From positions 4,512-68,511 of the forward strand of contig JBIOEJ010000010.1 in assembly GCA_044445965.1 (NCBI GenBank): a stretch of 64,000 bases of DNA. Reading direction: 5' to 3'. Position 1 is the stretch's first letter. Each line of letters starts with the position of its first letter. The DNA is from Hyphomicrobiales bacterium. GTDB lineage: Bacteria; Pseudomonadota; Alphaproteobacteria; Rhizobiales; Beijerinckiaceae. The translations under genes and the position numbers were made by a program. Under the pieces are notes generated by a model. That model did not search any database, was not told the DNA's origin, and saw only the letters and a list, made by a program, of their open reading frames with translations. Positions 9,631 through 19,375 of the stretch are shown here, one piece after another.

Positions 9631-10521
9631 CTAGCGCAGGATCAAGGTCGCCCAGCCCTCGATCAGATAACGCCTCTCCAGATAGAGCCCTTGCGGCCGA
9701 AACGCCGCGAGCACACCGGCGACATCTTGCTCCAACAGGCCGGACAGGACGAGCCTTCCGCCGGGCGCGAGCGCAGCGGCGAGCTCAGGCGCGAGGCGCG
9801 TCAGCGGCCGGGCGAGGATATTGGCGAGGATCAAGTCGAAAGGCACGCGGGCGGCGGCGAGCGGGTGGCGAATTCCCGGAGCGCAGCAAAGCCGAACAAG
9901 CGAGGCCACACCATTGGCGCGCGCATTGGCGCGCGCCACCTCGACCGCGACGGGATCGATGTCGCCCGCGACAACCTCGCTTCGCAGCGCCTTGGCGGCG
10001 GCGATGGCGAGAACGCCGGTGCCGGTGCCAACATCCAATACCCGCTTCGGACGCCGCCGCTTGAGGAGCGCATCGAGCGCCAACAGACAGCCTCTGGTGG
10101 TGCCGTGATGGCCAGTGCCGAAGGCAAGCGAGGCCTCGATCTCGATGCCGATATCGTTTTCGCGCAACGAGGCCCGGTCATGGGCGCCATGCACCAGGAA
10201 GCGCCCCGCGCGAACCGGCCGCAGCCCCTCGAGACTGGCCGCGACCCAATCCTTGGCTTCGAGCGCATCGAAGCGCAAGGAGCTGGCCGCTTCCTTCCCC
10301 GCGATCAGCGCGACGAGGTTGCGCACGCCATCCTGGTCCGGCGGTTGCGCGAAATAGACCTCGACCAACCAGGCGCCGTCCTTCTGCTCGAAGGCCGAGA
10401 CTGCCGAATTCTCGGGATCGAACACCTCGGCGAGCGCCTCGGTAAGGGCGCGCGCCTCGGCCTCGCTCGTCGACAGGCGCAGTATGGTCGTGATCTTGTG
10501 GGGAATGAGGCCTTCGCGCAT
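9631..10521 (-). CDS. prmA: ribosomal protein L11 methyltransferase
   Basis: 296 aa with an SAM-binding VLDVGTGTGVLAIAAAK motif and FGTGHHGTT typical of PrmA. Confidence 0.9.
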   Translation of the reverse strand: MREGLIPHKITTILRLSTSEAEARALTEALAEVFDPENSAVSAFEQKDGAWLVEVYFAQPPDQDGVRNLVALIAGKEAASSLRFDALEAKDWVAASLEGLRPVRAGRFLVHGAHDRASLRENDIGIEIEASLAFGTGHHGTTRGCLLALDALLKRRRPKRVLDVGTGTGVLAIAAAKALRSEVVAGDIDPVAVEVARANARANGVASLVRLCCAPGIRHPLAAARVPFDLILANILARPLTRLAPELAAALAPGGRLVLSGLLEQDVAGVLAAFRPQGLYLERRYLIEGWATLILR

Positions 10522-10599
10522 CGCTGCGGCTTAGCCCATGCGGACTTGCTTGCGAAGCCGGAGCGGGCGGTGCTTCAAGATATCGGCTCGACGGACGAG

Positions 10600-10678
10600 C
10601 TAGTGTGGTGAATTTGAAGTTGCCATCACATGGGTGGCATGCGCGCCTTAGGAACTTCAAATTCAAAAACCACACTAG
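10600..10678. repeat. AT-rich imperfect inverted repeat (22-bp arms with a 4-nt bulge, 31-nt loop)
   Basis: CTAGTGTGGTGAATTTGAAGTT ... AACTTCAAATTC-AAAA-ACCACACTAG. The loop contains a further small hairpin, GCCATCACATGGGTGGC. Confidence 0.85.
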
Positions 10679-10706
10679 AAACAATAACTTGCTAGTGCAG
10701 CTTTTG

Positions 10707-10757
10707 AATCCGAAATTCGCCCTGCGCCTTGCTCCAATGTGATGCGAATTTCGGATT
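10707..10757. repeat. 14-bp inverted repeat AATCCGAAATTCGC / GCGAATTTCGGATT (23-nt loop) just downstream of the 371-aa ORF
   Basis: Perfect 14-bp arms at 10707-10720 and 10744-10757. No U-tract follows on either strand. Confidence 0.85.
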
Positions 10758-10764
10758 TCCTACA

Positions 10765-11880
10765 CTAATGCTCGCGAAAGATATCGACGTCCCAATAGGT
10801 CTTGCCATCGAACGCCTTGCCCGAGATGCGGTCGCCGGCCGCCTCCTTCTTGAAGACGAGATGCACGGTCCCACCGGCGATCCCCGCCTGCCGCCATTTG
10901 CAATCGGCAATCTCGGAGGCCTGGCCGCTCAGTTTGCAATCATAATATTCGCCATCGGGCTTCGCGTCGGTCGTCCATTTGATGGCGAGGACATTGCCGG
11001 CAAGACGAATATCGTATCTCGATCTGCCCTTGAAGCCGGTCCAATTAGCGCCTGCCCAGGCCGCAAGCGGGCAAAGATCGTCGGCCGAGGTCGGCTTGAA
11101 GGCCATCTTCGCCCGGTACTGTGCCGGGATGAGCATGAACTTGGCCATGGCGGGCCGGTAGGCGTCGCAATGCTGCTTGATGAAGTCGTCGCCCTTCTTC
11201 ACCATATCGCGCAGCAGCTCGCGTGTTGTCGTATGCGGCCCCGGAGCCACGAAATGGCTGCCGCCCCCGAAATAGAGGCCGTCATTCCAGATCTTGTCGA
11301 CCGCAAGCGGCGGCGGATAAAGGGTCCCGCTCCAGCTATCGGCGACGAAAGCGTGCGGTCCCCAGGTCCAGGGAATATCGGGATCGGCATCGGGGGCGAG
11401 CCCGATGACGGGGAAGGCATGCGGGCTGTCGCTGCGCATGATGACGACGTTCTTGGCGCCGCCGCGCGTCAGAAGCTCCTGCATCAATGACGCATTCTCG
11501 TCGCAGGCGCCTGCCTTGACGATCCAGGAGGCGCGGGCGATGTCCCACCCCTTGGCGCGGGCGATGTCGAGCGCCTGGGCGCGCGATTTGATGCTGCTGC
11601 AGGACGAGAAATAATTCCAGAAATCGGCCGGGATCGTCTGGAGCACGGTACCGCTGATATCATTGGTGATCTTGATCCTGTCGGTGACCATCTGAAAGGC
11701 GGCGCGGGCCTTGAGCTCGTCCTGCTTGAACGGGTCGGGATCCTTGATGGCGGCGATCCGCGCGATCGCCTCCTCGATCGTATCGGGAGCTGCCTGGGCC
11801 CAGGCGACAGGCGGGCTCTCCCATGCGCAGAGAGCCAGGCCGCATGTCCAAGACACGATGAGACGTCGCATCCATTGCAT
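10765..11880 (-). CDS. hypothetical exported protein (371 aa)
   Basis: Long ORF with a signal-peptide-like N-terminus (MQWMRRLIVSWTCGLALCAWESPPVAWAQA). Several Cys residues. No family recognised. Looks more A/T-rich than its neighbours by eye. Confidence 0.6.
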   Translation of the reverse strand: MQWMRRLIVSWTCGLALCAWESPPVAWAQAAPDTIEEAIARIAAIKDPDPFKQDELKARAAFQMVTDRIKITNDISGTVLQTIPADFWNYFSSCSSIKSRAQALDIARAKGWDIARASWIVKAGACDENASLMQELLTRGGAKNVVIMRSDSPHAFPVIGLAPDADPDIPWTWGPHAFVADSWSGTLYPPPLAVDKIWNDGLYFGGGSHFVAPGPHTTTRELLRDMVKKGDDFIKQHCDAYRPAMAKFMLIPAQYRAKMAFKPTSADDLCPLAAWAGANWTGFKGRSRYDIRLAGNVLAIKWTTDAKPDGEYYDCKLSGQASEIADCKWRQAGIAGGTVHLVFKKEAAGDRISGKAFDGKTYWDVDIFREH

Positions 11881-12168
11881 GGGAACCTCCCTTCGGTTTC
11901 GTTCGCGCGATCAGGCACACAGCTCGAGCACCCGATTACATCGAGACGGCGGCAGCAGGCGGTCGGGCTGGTCGGCTGACCCTTCGGGGCGACGAGGTCT
12001 TTGCGGTCCGGGTTGTGCTTCGCCGACGCCATTCCGTCGGCCGTCACTGCGGCAAGTCTAGCCGCGCCTTCATTCGCCGGCAATCGACAGAGGCGACCCC
12101 GCGCCCGCCCCGATGAAACCGCAAATGGCGCTATGCTCGCCCGGCGGCCAGCAACGCAGGGAGACGAT

Positions 12169-12834
12169 ATGAAACGGCTCGGCAGGTTCCGGCACATTCT
12201 CGCCACGGCCCAGGCCGCGGCGTTCGTCATCTTAGCCCCGCAGGCCTTCGCCGCACCGGAGATCGGACACGCCATCACCGTCGAGAAGACCGTGAGCGGC
12301 TTGGTCGCGGGCAAGAAGACGGCGCTCGTTCAGGACGATGCGGTGTTCAAGGACGAGGTGATCGAGACGGCAACCGAGAGTCTCGCACGGCTCAAATTCC
12401 TGGACGACACGCTGTTGTTCGTCGGCCCCTCCTCCGCCGTCAAGCTCGACAGTTTCGTCTACAACCCCGACAACACCGCCTCGAAGCTCGTGATCGCCGC
12501 CTCGAAGGGCGCCTTCCGCTTCGTCAGCGGTAAATCGGCCCACGCGGCTTACGAGATCCGCACGCCCTATGGCTCGCTCGGCGTCAGCGGCACGACGCTC
12601 GGCTTCGTGATCGCCGGCGGCCGCATGATCGCGGTCCTGAAGCAGGGCGCAATGGTCGTGTGCCCGCATGCGAGGCTCTCGGCCAATCTCGCGCGCTGCA
12701 TCCCCGTCACCAAGCCGGACATGGCCGTGATCGTCAGCAAGAGCGGCGTCGTGGGGCCGGTGCCGAAATCGGCCGATATGCGTGATTTCGGCGATCTCTG
12801 CGGCGATCTCTGCAAGCGGCTGTTCCCGCAGTGA
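12169..12834 (+). CDS. FecR-domain-containing exported protein
   Basis: Start re-set to ATG 12169 (GGGAGA 6 nt upstream). Signal peptide [28 protein letters not shown]. The core ...[39 protein letters not shown] is FecR-like. Confidence 0.7.
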   Translation: MKRLGRFRHILATAQAAAFVILAPQAFAAPEIGHAITVEKTVSGLVAGKKTALVQDDAVFKDEVIETATESLARLKFLDDTLLFVGPSSAVKLDSFVYNPDNTASKLVIAASKGAFRFVSGKSAHAAYEIRTPYGSLGVSGTTLGFVIAGGRMIAVLKQGAMVVCPHARLSANLARCIPVTKPDMAVIVSKSGVVGPVPKSADMRDFGDLCGDLCKRLFPQ

Positions 12835-13052
12835 AGGCAGGGACGGCCGGCAAGGCGGAGGAACAGAAGCGCGGACCCTGTCCTATCTGCGGCAAACCTT
12901 CCGTCGAGCGCCATGCTCCCTTCTGCTCGCGGCGTTGCGGCGATGTTGATCTCGGGCGTTGGTTGAAGGGCGTCTATGCAATTCCCGTCAAGGAAGCGGA
13001 GGACGACGAGGAGGAGGAGGGCGCGCGAGCGGCTGACGAGCGCGACCCCTAG
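12831..13052 (+). CDS. yacG: DNA gyrase inhibitor YacG (zinc finger)
   Basis: 73 aa with CPICGKP...[15 protein letters not shown] and an acidic tail. The GTG start overlaps the upstream stop (GTGA). Confidence 0.8.
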   Translation: MKAGTAGKAEEQKRGPCPICGKPSVERHAPFCSRRCGDVDLGRWLKGVYAIPVKEAEDDEEEEGARAADERDP

Positions 13053-13176
13053 AGCATTTTCCGGCGAAGCCTGTCCCCGCGGAGGCGGGGATGGCCTCCG
13101 GTTCGCCGCAGAAAATGCAGCAATAACAATAAACTAGAGCCCCGATCCGATTCAATCGGACCGAGAAAAGCTCTAG
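13049..13176. repeat. two palindromic elements in the convergent yacG/cobT spacer
   Basis: Element A, 13054-13118: GCATTTTCCGGCGAA...TTCGCCGCAGAAAATGC with inner CCCCGC/GCGGGG. Element B, 13134-13176: CTAGAGC...TCCGATT-C-AATCGGA...GCTCTAG. Confidence 0.85.
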
Positions 13177-13217
13177 CCGGGAGGGAGGACGCCATGACGG
13201 GGCGCAAGAAAGCGCCC

Positions 13218-15110
13218 CTACGCCGCCCTGCGTCTTGATCCGCCGGCCCCCGCATTCTCGTCGAACAGCTCGGCGAGCTTCTCGGTCATGGCGCCTCCGA
13301 GCTCCTCGGCATCGACGATGGTGACGGCGCGGCGGTAATAGCGCGTCACGTCATGGCCGATGCCGATGGCGATGAGCTCGACCGGCGAGCGCGTCTCGAT
13401 CTCCTCGATCACATAGCGCAGATGCCGTTCGAGATAGTTCCCGGGATTGACCGAAAGGGTCGAATCGTCGACCGGCGCGCCGTCCGAGATCATCATCAGG
13501 ATGCGCCGCTGTTCAGGACGGTGCACGAGGCGCTTATGGGCCCAATCGAGCGCCTCGCCGTCGATGTTCTCCTTCAACAGCCCTTCGCGCATCATCAGGC
13601 CCAGATTCTTGCGAGCCCGGCGCCAAGGCGCGTCGGCGGATTTGTAGATGATGTGGCGCAGGTCGTTGAGGCGGCCGGGGTTCGCCGGCTTGCCCGATTG
13701 CAGCCAGGCCTCGCGCGACAGCCCGCCCTTCCAGGCGCGGGTCGTGAAGCCCAAAATCTCGACCTTGACGCCGCAGCGCTCGAGCGTGCGCGCCAGGACG
13801 TCGGCGCAAGTGGCAGCGACCGTGATCGGCCGGCCGCGCATCGAGCCGGAATTGTCGAGGAGGAGCGTCACCACCGTATCGCGGAAATTCGTGTCCTTCT
13901 CCTGCTTGAAGGAGAGCGGCTGGAACGGATCGACAATGACCCGCGGCAGGCGTGATGCGTCGAGCATCCCCTCTTCGAGGTCGAACTCCCAGGAGCGGTT
14001 CTGCTGCGCCAGAAGGCGTCGCTGCAGCCGGTTGGCGAGGCGCGCCACGACGCCCTGGAGGTTCTGCACCTGCTTATCGAGATAGCCGCGCAAGCGCGCC
14101 AGTTCCTCCGGGTCGCATAGCTCCTCTGCCGCGATCACCTCGTCGAATTTCGTCAGATAGGCGCGATAATCCGGGCCGCGGCGCTCATTGGCGCCGGAAG
14201 AGGGCGGCCGCCAAGCTTCGGATGCCTCCTCGGAATCCGCTTCCTGCGCCTCCTCGGGCAACTCGCCGGACGGCGCGTCGGAATCCTCGCTCATGCCGTC
14301 CTCGAGCTCCTCGGCCGAAGCGTCGCTCGATTCCATCTCGGCCTGCTCGCGCGACGCGCCTTCCTCGCTCTCCTCGCCCTCCTGCCGCTTGTCCTCGTCG
14401 GACTGATCGTCGTCTGCGTCCTCGTCCTCCTCGTTATCGAAATCGGCGGCCTCCGCCATGTCGAGATGGGCAAGGACATCGCGCATGATGCGGGCGAAGG
14501 CGCGCTGATCCTCGACCTTGCCGTCGAGCCGGTCGAGCTCGGATCCGGCCTTGGCTTCGATGTCGGCGCGCCACAGATCGACGATCTTGCGCGCCGCCCG
14601 CGGGGGCGCCTCGCCGGTCAGGCGCTCGCGCACCATGAGGGCGACCGCATCCTCGAGCGGGGCGTCGGCCTGGTCGGTGATGTCCTCGTATTTGGCGCCG
14701 CGGTGATAGCGGTCCTGGAGCATGGCGGAGAGGTTCGAGGCGACGCCCTGCATGCGCCTGGCGCCGATCGCCTCCACGCGCGCCTGCTCGACGCTGTCGA
14801 ACAGCGAGCGCGCCTCAGGCCCCTGCGGAGCGAGGCGCCGGTGCACGGCCGGATCGTGGCAGGCGAGCTTGAGCGCCATGGAATCGGCATGGCCGCGCAG
14901 TACCGCGACATCCTCGGGCGAAGGCTTGCGCGGCGGCTCGGGAAGCCGCGCCTTCTCGGCGCCGAACAGAGCGGGCTTGTCGGAAGCGTAGACGATCTCG
15001 ATCTCGGGCCGACCGGCGAGAGCCCGCATGCAGCCGGCGACAGCCTGCTTCAAGGGCTCGGTCGGAGCAGCCTTGGGCTGCCCGGGCTTGCGGTTGGAAA
15101 GGATGGTCAT
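13218..15110 (-). CDS. cobT: cobaltochelatase subunit CobT (VWA-domain protein)
   Basis: 630 aa with a central poly-acidic stretch ([26 protein letters not shown]) and a C-terminal VWA domain ([13 protein letters not shown]), as in aerobic-type CobT. Confidence 0.9.
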   Translation of the reverse strand: MTILSNRKPGQPKAAPTEPLKQAVAGCMRALAGRPEIEIVYASDKPALFGAEKARLPEPPRKPSPEDVAVLRGHADSMALKLACHDPAVHRRLAPQGPEARSLFDSVEQARVEAIGARRMQGVASNLSAMLQDRYHRGAKYEDITDQADAPLEDAVALMVRERLTGEAPPRAARKIVDLWRADIEAKAGSELDRLDGKVEDQRAFARIMRDVLAHLDMAEAADFDNEEDEDADDDQSDEDKRQEGEESEEGASREQAEMESSDASAEELEDGMSEDSDAPSGELPEEAQEADSEEASEAWRPPSSGANERRGPDYRAYLTKFDEVIAAEELCDPEELARLRGYLDKQVQNLQGVVARLANRLQRRLLAQQNRSWEFDLEEGMLDASRLPRVIVDPFQPLSFKQEKDTNFRDTVVTLLLDNSGSMRGRPITVAATCADVLARTLERCGVKVEILGFTTRAWKGGLSREAWLQSGKPANPGRLNDLRHIIYKSADAPWRRARKNLGLMMREGLLKENIDGEALDWAHKRLVHRPEQRRILMMISDGAPVDDSTLSVNPGNYLERHLRYVIEEIETRSPVELIAIGIGHDVTRYYRRAVTIVDAEELGGAMTEKLAELFDENAGAGGSRRRAA

Positions 15111-15177
15111 GCCGTGGTCCCGATCAACCGCTCCAAGCGAACGGCATCGTTGTGATCTCGTCCCAGGGGAACGGTGC

Positions 15178-15879
15178 TCATGCGCCCAATATAGCAGCTA
15201 AATCGTTCAAGTCGCGCGCGGCGAAATCGACCTTGACGGTCGGCTTCGTCTCGCCCGTTCCCGGACCGTGCTCGCCGGGCCGCGCCACATGCGCCGTCTT
15301 CAGCCCGCATCTCGCGGCCGCCGCGAGGTCGGAGGAATGCGCGGCGACCATCACGCAAGCCGAAGGATCGAGATCGAGGGCGCGCGCCGAGGCGAGATAA
15401 GCATCAGGGTTCGGCTTGTAGGCGCGAGCGATCTCCGCCCCGAGCACGGTGTCCCAGGAGAAGCCGTTATGGCGCGCGAGATCGACCATGATCGAGATGT
15501 TGCCGTTCGACACGGGCGCCAGGCGGTATTTCACATAGAGCCGCCGCATCGGGGCCGGCACGTCCGGCCAGGCGTCGAGCCGGTGCCAGATCCGATTGAG
15601 CGCCTCGCGCGTCTCGGCGGATAACTTGTCGAGCCCGAAGCGCGGCAGGATGCGCTCGAGGTTCTCGCGATGCAGGTCGTCGAGCCGCACATAGCCGCGC
15701 CGGCCCGAACGCACCTCCTCCATGGAGGGCTGGTACTCGGCCCGCCATGCATCGGCGAAGGCCGTGAAGTCGAGCGCAGGGCCGAGCGGGGCAAGCAGCG
15801 CCTTCGCTTCGCGCGCGATGGAGGAGCGCCAGTCGACCAAGGTGCCGAACACGTCGAAGAAGAGGGCTGAGATCGTCAT
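15178..15879 (-). CDS. HAD-superfamily hydrolase, haloacid dehalogenase type II-like
   Basis: 233 aa with motif [12 protein letters not shown]. Length and layout match L-2-haloacid dehalogenase family members. Confidence 0.8.
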   Translation of the reverse strand: MTISALFFDVFGTLVDWRSSIAREAKALLAPLGPALDFTAFADAWRAEYQPSMEEVRSGRRGYVRLDDLHRENLERILPRFGLDKLSAETREALNRIWHRLDAWPDVPAPMRRLYVKYRLAPVSNGNISIMVDLARHNGFSWDTVLGAEIARAYKPNPDAYLASARALDLDPSACVMVAAHSSDLAAAARCGLKTAHVARPGEHGPGTGETKPTVKVDFAARDLNDLAAILGA

Positions 15880-16295
15880 AGCTCTTTGGTCAGGAAGAAA
15901 CGCGCATGCCCATCCGGAAAGTCGGGCAGGCGGCCGAATTCCTCATAGCCGAGCTTGCGGTAGAACTCCGGCGCCTGGAAGCTGAAGGTGTCGAGATAGA
16001 CGTTTCTACAACCTCGACCACGCGCTTCCTCTTCCGCGCTGGAAAGCAGCGTCTTCCCGTATCCACGATCGCGGAACCCTTCGGCGATCCAGAGCATGTC
16101 GACATAGAGCCAATTCCAATAGGTCCTGCCCACGCAGGCTCCGCGAAGCTCCCCCTGTTCCCGCAGCGACACGAAGAGTTCGCGATGGTCGAGTGGGCCG
16201 GCTTTCGCGGTGTTGAAGGCGATGAGGCCATCGAGCACGCGACGCCGATCGGCCTCAGACAGCTCTTCCTCGAGCGCGACCGATGGCCCGGCCAT
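15876..16295 (-). CDS. GNAT family N-acetyltransferase
   Basis: 139 aa with the acetyl-CoA-binding segment FRDRGYGKTLLSSAEEEARGRG. It overlaps the HAD gene by 4 nt. Confidence 0.8.
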   Translation of the reverse strand: MAGPSVALEEELSEADRRRVLDGLIAFNTAKAGPLDHRELFVSLREQGELRGACVGRTYWNWLYVDMLWIAEGFRDRGYGKTLLSSAEEEARGRGCRNVYLDTFSFQAPEFYRKLGYEEFGRLPDFPDGHARFFLTKEL

Positions 16296-16301
16296 CGCGC
16301 C

Positions 16302-17285
16302 TCAGCTCAGCGCCACGTTCACGGCGCTTTCCCGCAGCTCCTGCCCGAAGCAACGCTGATAGAATTCGGCGACCAGGGGGCGTTCGAGCTCGTCGCATTT
16401 GTTGAGGAAGGTGAGGCGGAAGGCAAAGCCGATATCGGAGAAGATGTCGGCATTCTCGGCCCAGGTGATCACCGTGCGCGGGCTCATCACCGTCGACAGA
16501 TCGCCAGCCACAAAGGCATTGCGCGTGAGGTCGGCGACGCGCACCATCTTCGAGACTATGTCGCGGCCCTGCTTGGTGCGGTAGTGCGGCGCCTTCGACA
16601 ACACGATCTCGGCTTCGCGGTCATGCGGCAGATAATTCAGCGTGGTCACGATCGACCAGCGGTCCATCTGGCCCTGGTTGATCTGCTGCGTGCCGTGATA
16701 GAGGCCCGAAGTATCGCCGAGGCCGACCGTGTTCGCGGTCGAGAACAAACGGAAGGCCGGATGCGGCCTGATGACGCGCCTCTGATCGAGCAAGGTGAGC
16801 TTGCCCGAGACTTCGAGCACGCGCTGGATGACGAACATCACGTCCGGGCGCCCGGCATCATATTCGTCGAAGCACAGCGCGATGTTGTTCTGCAGCGCCC
16901 AGGGCAGGATGCCGTCCCTGAATTCGGTCACCTGCTTGCCGCCCTGCAGCACGATGGCATCCTTGCCGACAAGGTCGACGCGCGACACATGGCTGTCGAG
17001 GTTGACGCGCACGCAATGCCAGTTCAGGCGCGCCGCCACCTGCTCGACATGGGTCGACTTGCCGGTGCCGTGATAGCCCGAGATCATCACGCGCCGGTTA
17101 TGGGCGAAGCCCGCCAGGATCGCGAGCGTCGTGTCGCGGTCGAAGACGTAGTCCTGATCGAAGTCCGGAACATGCTCATCCGCCTTCGAATAGGCGGGAC
17201 ATTCCATATCGGTGTCCAGGCCGAACACCTGTCTCACCGAGACCTTCATGTCGGGCAGGGGCGCCGTCTCAACGCTCGCGTTCAT
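16302..17285 (-). CDS. cobS: cobaltochelatase subunit CobS (AAA+ ATPase)
   Basis: 327 aa with Walker [12 protein letters not shown]. The N-terminus [16 protein letters not shown] is typical of CobS. Confidence 0.9.
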   Translation of the reverse strand: MNASVETAPLPDMKVSVRQVFGLDTDMECPAYSKADEHVPDFDQDYVFDRDTTLAILAGFAHNRRVMISGYHGTGKSTHVEQVAARLNWHCVRVNLDSHVSRVDLVGKDAIVLQGGKQVTEFRDGILPWALQNNIALCFDEYDAGRPDVMFVIQRVLEVSGKLTLLDQRRVIRPHPAFRLFSTANTVGLGDTSGLYHGTQQINQGQMDRWSIVTTLNYLPHDREAEIVLSKAPHYRTKQGRDIVSKMVRVADLTRNAFVAGDLSTVMSPRTVITWAENADIFSDIGFAFRLTFLNKCDELERPLVAEFYQRCFGQELRESAVNVALS

Positions 17286-17488
17286 CTCGTCCTCGCTCGT
17301 GGCCGGAGGCGACCACCGTCACTTTCGCAAAAAGCACGCCAATCACGCCATGCCAGGATTTCTCCGGGCATCCACGATCGACCTCTGCGAGCTAGGCACG
17401 CGGGGGAGACGTGGCGGCCGGACCTGATCCTTCGATCGAAGGCTGGGATTTCGACCCGGCCATGACGGCAATAGACCGACCTAAGCGC

Positions 17489-18109
17489 TCAAGCCAGGCC
17501 GGCCGTTCGCAGGTAATTATATGCGTTGATGATCGCGCGCAATTGATCTTCGCGTGATCTGTCGCCGCCATTGGCATCCGGATGCAGGCGCTTCACCAGC
17601 TCCTTATAGCGGGATTTGAGCGCCGCCTTGTCGACGCCGGGGTCGAGGCCTAGCGTATCGAGCGCCTTCTTCGCCGCGTTTCCGACGCGTGGCTCGGCCG
17701 CCTTCGCCTCCCTCGCGTGCCGCGAGAAGCCGCGCCTTTCGAACAAGCCGAAGGGATCATGGAGCCTCGCATCGTCGAAGGCGCCGCGCAATCTCTCGCC
17801 GGCATCGGCCGCCGAGCCGTTCACGCCCATGCGCCAGGTCGGACGGTGGCCGTAGAGGTCGGCCTTCTGATAGGCGGCGACGGCCTCGTCCGGCATATCC
17901 TTGAAATAGTTATAGCTCGCATTGTAGGCGCGCACATGGTCGAGGCAGAAATGGAAATACTGTCCCTCCCGGCCGCGGCCCTGCGGCGCGCGGTAGAGGC
18001 CGGCGAGCGCGCAGCCCGGATGGCCGCAACCGCATGCGGCCGCGTCGACGGCTTCCTCGCGGCGCGGGCGCGTGCGGATGCGATCGAAAAGGGGCGAGTT
18101 CAAATCCAT
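17489..18109 (-). CDS. J-domain-containing protein
   Basis: Start re-set to ATG 18109 (MDLNSPLFDRIR...). C-terminal J domain with HPD (YKELVKRLHPDANGG). It is the usual neighbour of cobS in Alphaproteobacteria. Confidence 0.75.
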   Translation of the reverse strand: MDLNSPLFDRIRTRPRREEAVDAAACGCGHPGCALAGLYRAPQGRGREGQYFHFCLDHVRAYNASYNYFKDMPDEAVAAYQKADLYGHRPTWRMGVNGSAADAGERLRGAFDDARLHDPFGLFERRGFSRHAREAKAAEPRVGNAAKKALDTLGLDPGVDKAALKSRYKELVKRLHPDANGGDRSREDQLRAIINAYNYLRTAGLA

Positions 18110-18303
18110 GGCTGCCGTGATTATGTGCCGCGAAGGCGTTAACGCCAAGCTCAAAGGGTCGAGAATTATCCGGGGACCGACATTTTTTGTACAAGTGTCG
18201 CGCCACGGCCTCACCTCGTGTCGAGGGTCGTCGGCTTTGACTACCCTCGTCAACAGGTGGGGTCTAGAGCCATTATCGCAAGCCGCAAAAGGAGCAATTC
18301 GCA

Positions 18304-18573
18304 ATGCGGATGTCCGAACGCATCGAGCGCAAATTGACGGCGGCCTTCGCGCCAAAGGCGCTGGCCGTGACCGATGATTCGCACAAGCATCACGGCCACG
18401 CGGGCTGGCGCAAAGGTGGGGAGACCCATTTCTCGGTTGCCGTCCTCTCGGACGCCTTCGTCGGGAAGAGCCGTGTCGAACGCCATCGCATGATCAACGC
18501 GGCGCTTGCCGAAGAGCTCGCCGGCGGCGTGCACGCGCTCGCCATCTCGGCAATGGCGCCTGGGGAGAATTAG
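18304..18573 (+). CDS. BolA family protein
   Basis: 89 aa: VTDDSHKHHGHAGW...FSVAVLSDAFVGKSRVERHRMINAAL. Confidence 0.9.
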   Translation: MRMSERIERKLTAAFAPKALAVTDDSHKHHGHAGWRKGGETHFSVAVLSDAFVGKSRVERHRMINAALAEELAGGVHALAISAMAPGEN

Positions 18574-18618
18574 GGCCTTGGCGGGACTGCGGATCGGCGT
18601 CAAGGATGGCGCGGCCCC

Positions 18619-19275
18619 TCAGGAACAACCATCTTCGGTCTTCGGCCCGGCATGGCTTGCCGGGAGCGGCAGGCCGAAGCGCTTGAGCAGCGCCATCTCG
18701 GCATTGCAGAACTTGATCGCCGACCGCGATTGCGACACCCTTTCGAAGTAATCGGCGGTTGTCCCGATGCCCCCATCCGAGCGCGTCAGGCGATAGACCT
18801 CGAAATTGGTGAAGGAGGGGCCGGGAATCCCGACATCGATGTCGGTCTCGCGCGTCGCCGTGACGAGGAACGTGGCGGGCTTGCCGTCGAGCTTGCCGCG
18901 CGCGAAGCGCACCGAGCGAACGATGTCCTCGCCCATATGCGGGTCGTCCCTGATCGTGTCCTCGAGACGGCTCTCGAAGCCTGCGGGAGCGATGCCGACG
19001 ACATTCCAGTCATTGGCCTTCGGCTTCGTCGGCAGCATAACCAGATAGAGGTCGTAGCCATGGGCGTTGCCGTTGTCGCGCCAGCCGAGCGTGATCAGCG
19101 CGTCGCGACCGTCGGGCGCAAACTGCGCCACCTTGTTCGCCCCCGCGACGAGCTTGATCGGGACGAGGTCGCTGAGCTTCGGCTCCGCGGCGACGGATGG
19201 TAAGCCCAAACCCATCGCAATGCTCAGCAACACGGTCCGGGCGGCGATGTGGCCCGTCCTTCGCAGCTTCGGCAT
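18619..19275 (-). CDS. hypothetical exported protein (218 aa)
   Basis: Start re-set to ATG 19275. Signal-like MPKLRRTGHIAARTVLLSIAMGLGLPSVAA. No family recognised. Confidence 0.55.
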   Translation of the reverse strand: MPKLRRTGHIAARTVLLSIAMGLGLPSVAAEPKLSDLVPIKLVAGANKVAQFAPDGRDALITLGWRDNGNAHGYDLYLVMLPTKPKANDWNVVGIAPAGFESRLEDTIRDDPHMGEDIVRSVRFARGKLDGKPATFLVTATRETDIDVGIPGPSFTNFEVYRLTRSDGGIGTTADYFERVSQSRSAIKFCNAEMALLKRFGLPLPASHAGPKTEDGCS

Positions 19276-19375
19276 GCCACATCCTCCGAACGGCCTCCCC
19301 AGAACGCCGACATGATCCGATGCCGGTAGGATCCGCAAGGGAAGCGAGGGTCGGCGCGAGGATTGCGCGCGAGGA

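Noticed and set aside
11882-11903. GGAAC...CGTT in the divergent region upstream of the FecR-domain gene as a second EcfG promoter
   Set aside because: The spacer is only 13 nt (16-17 are required), and the motif lies ~265 nt from the nearest start.
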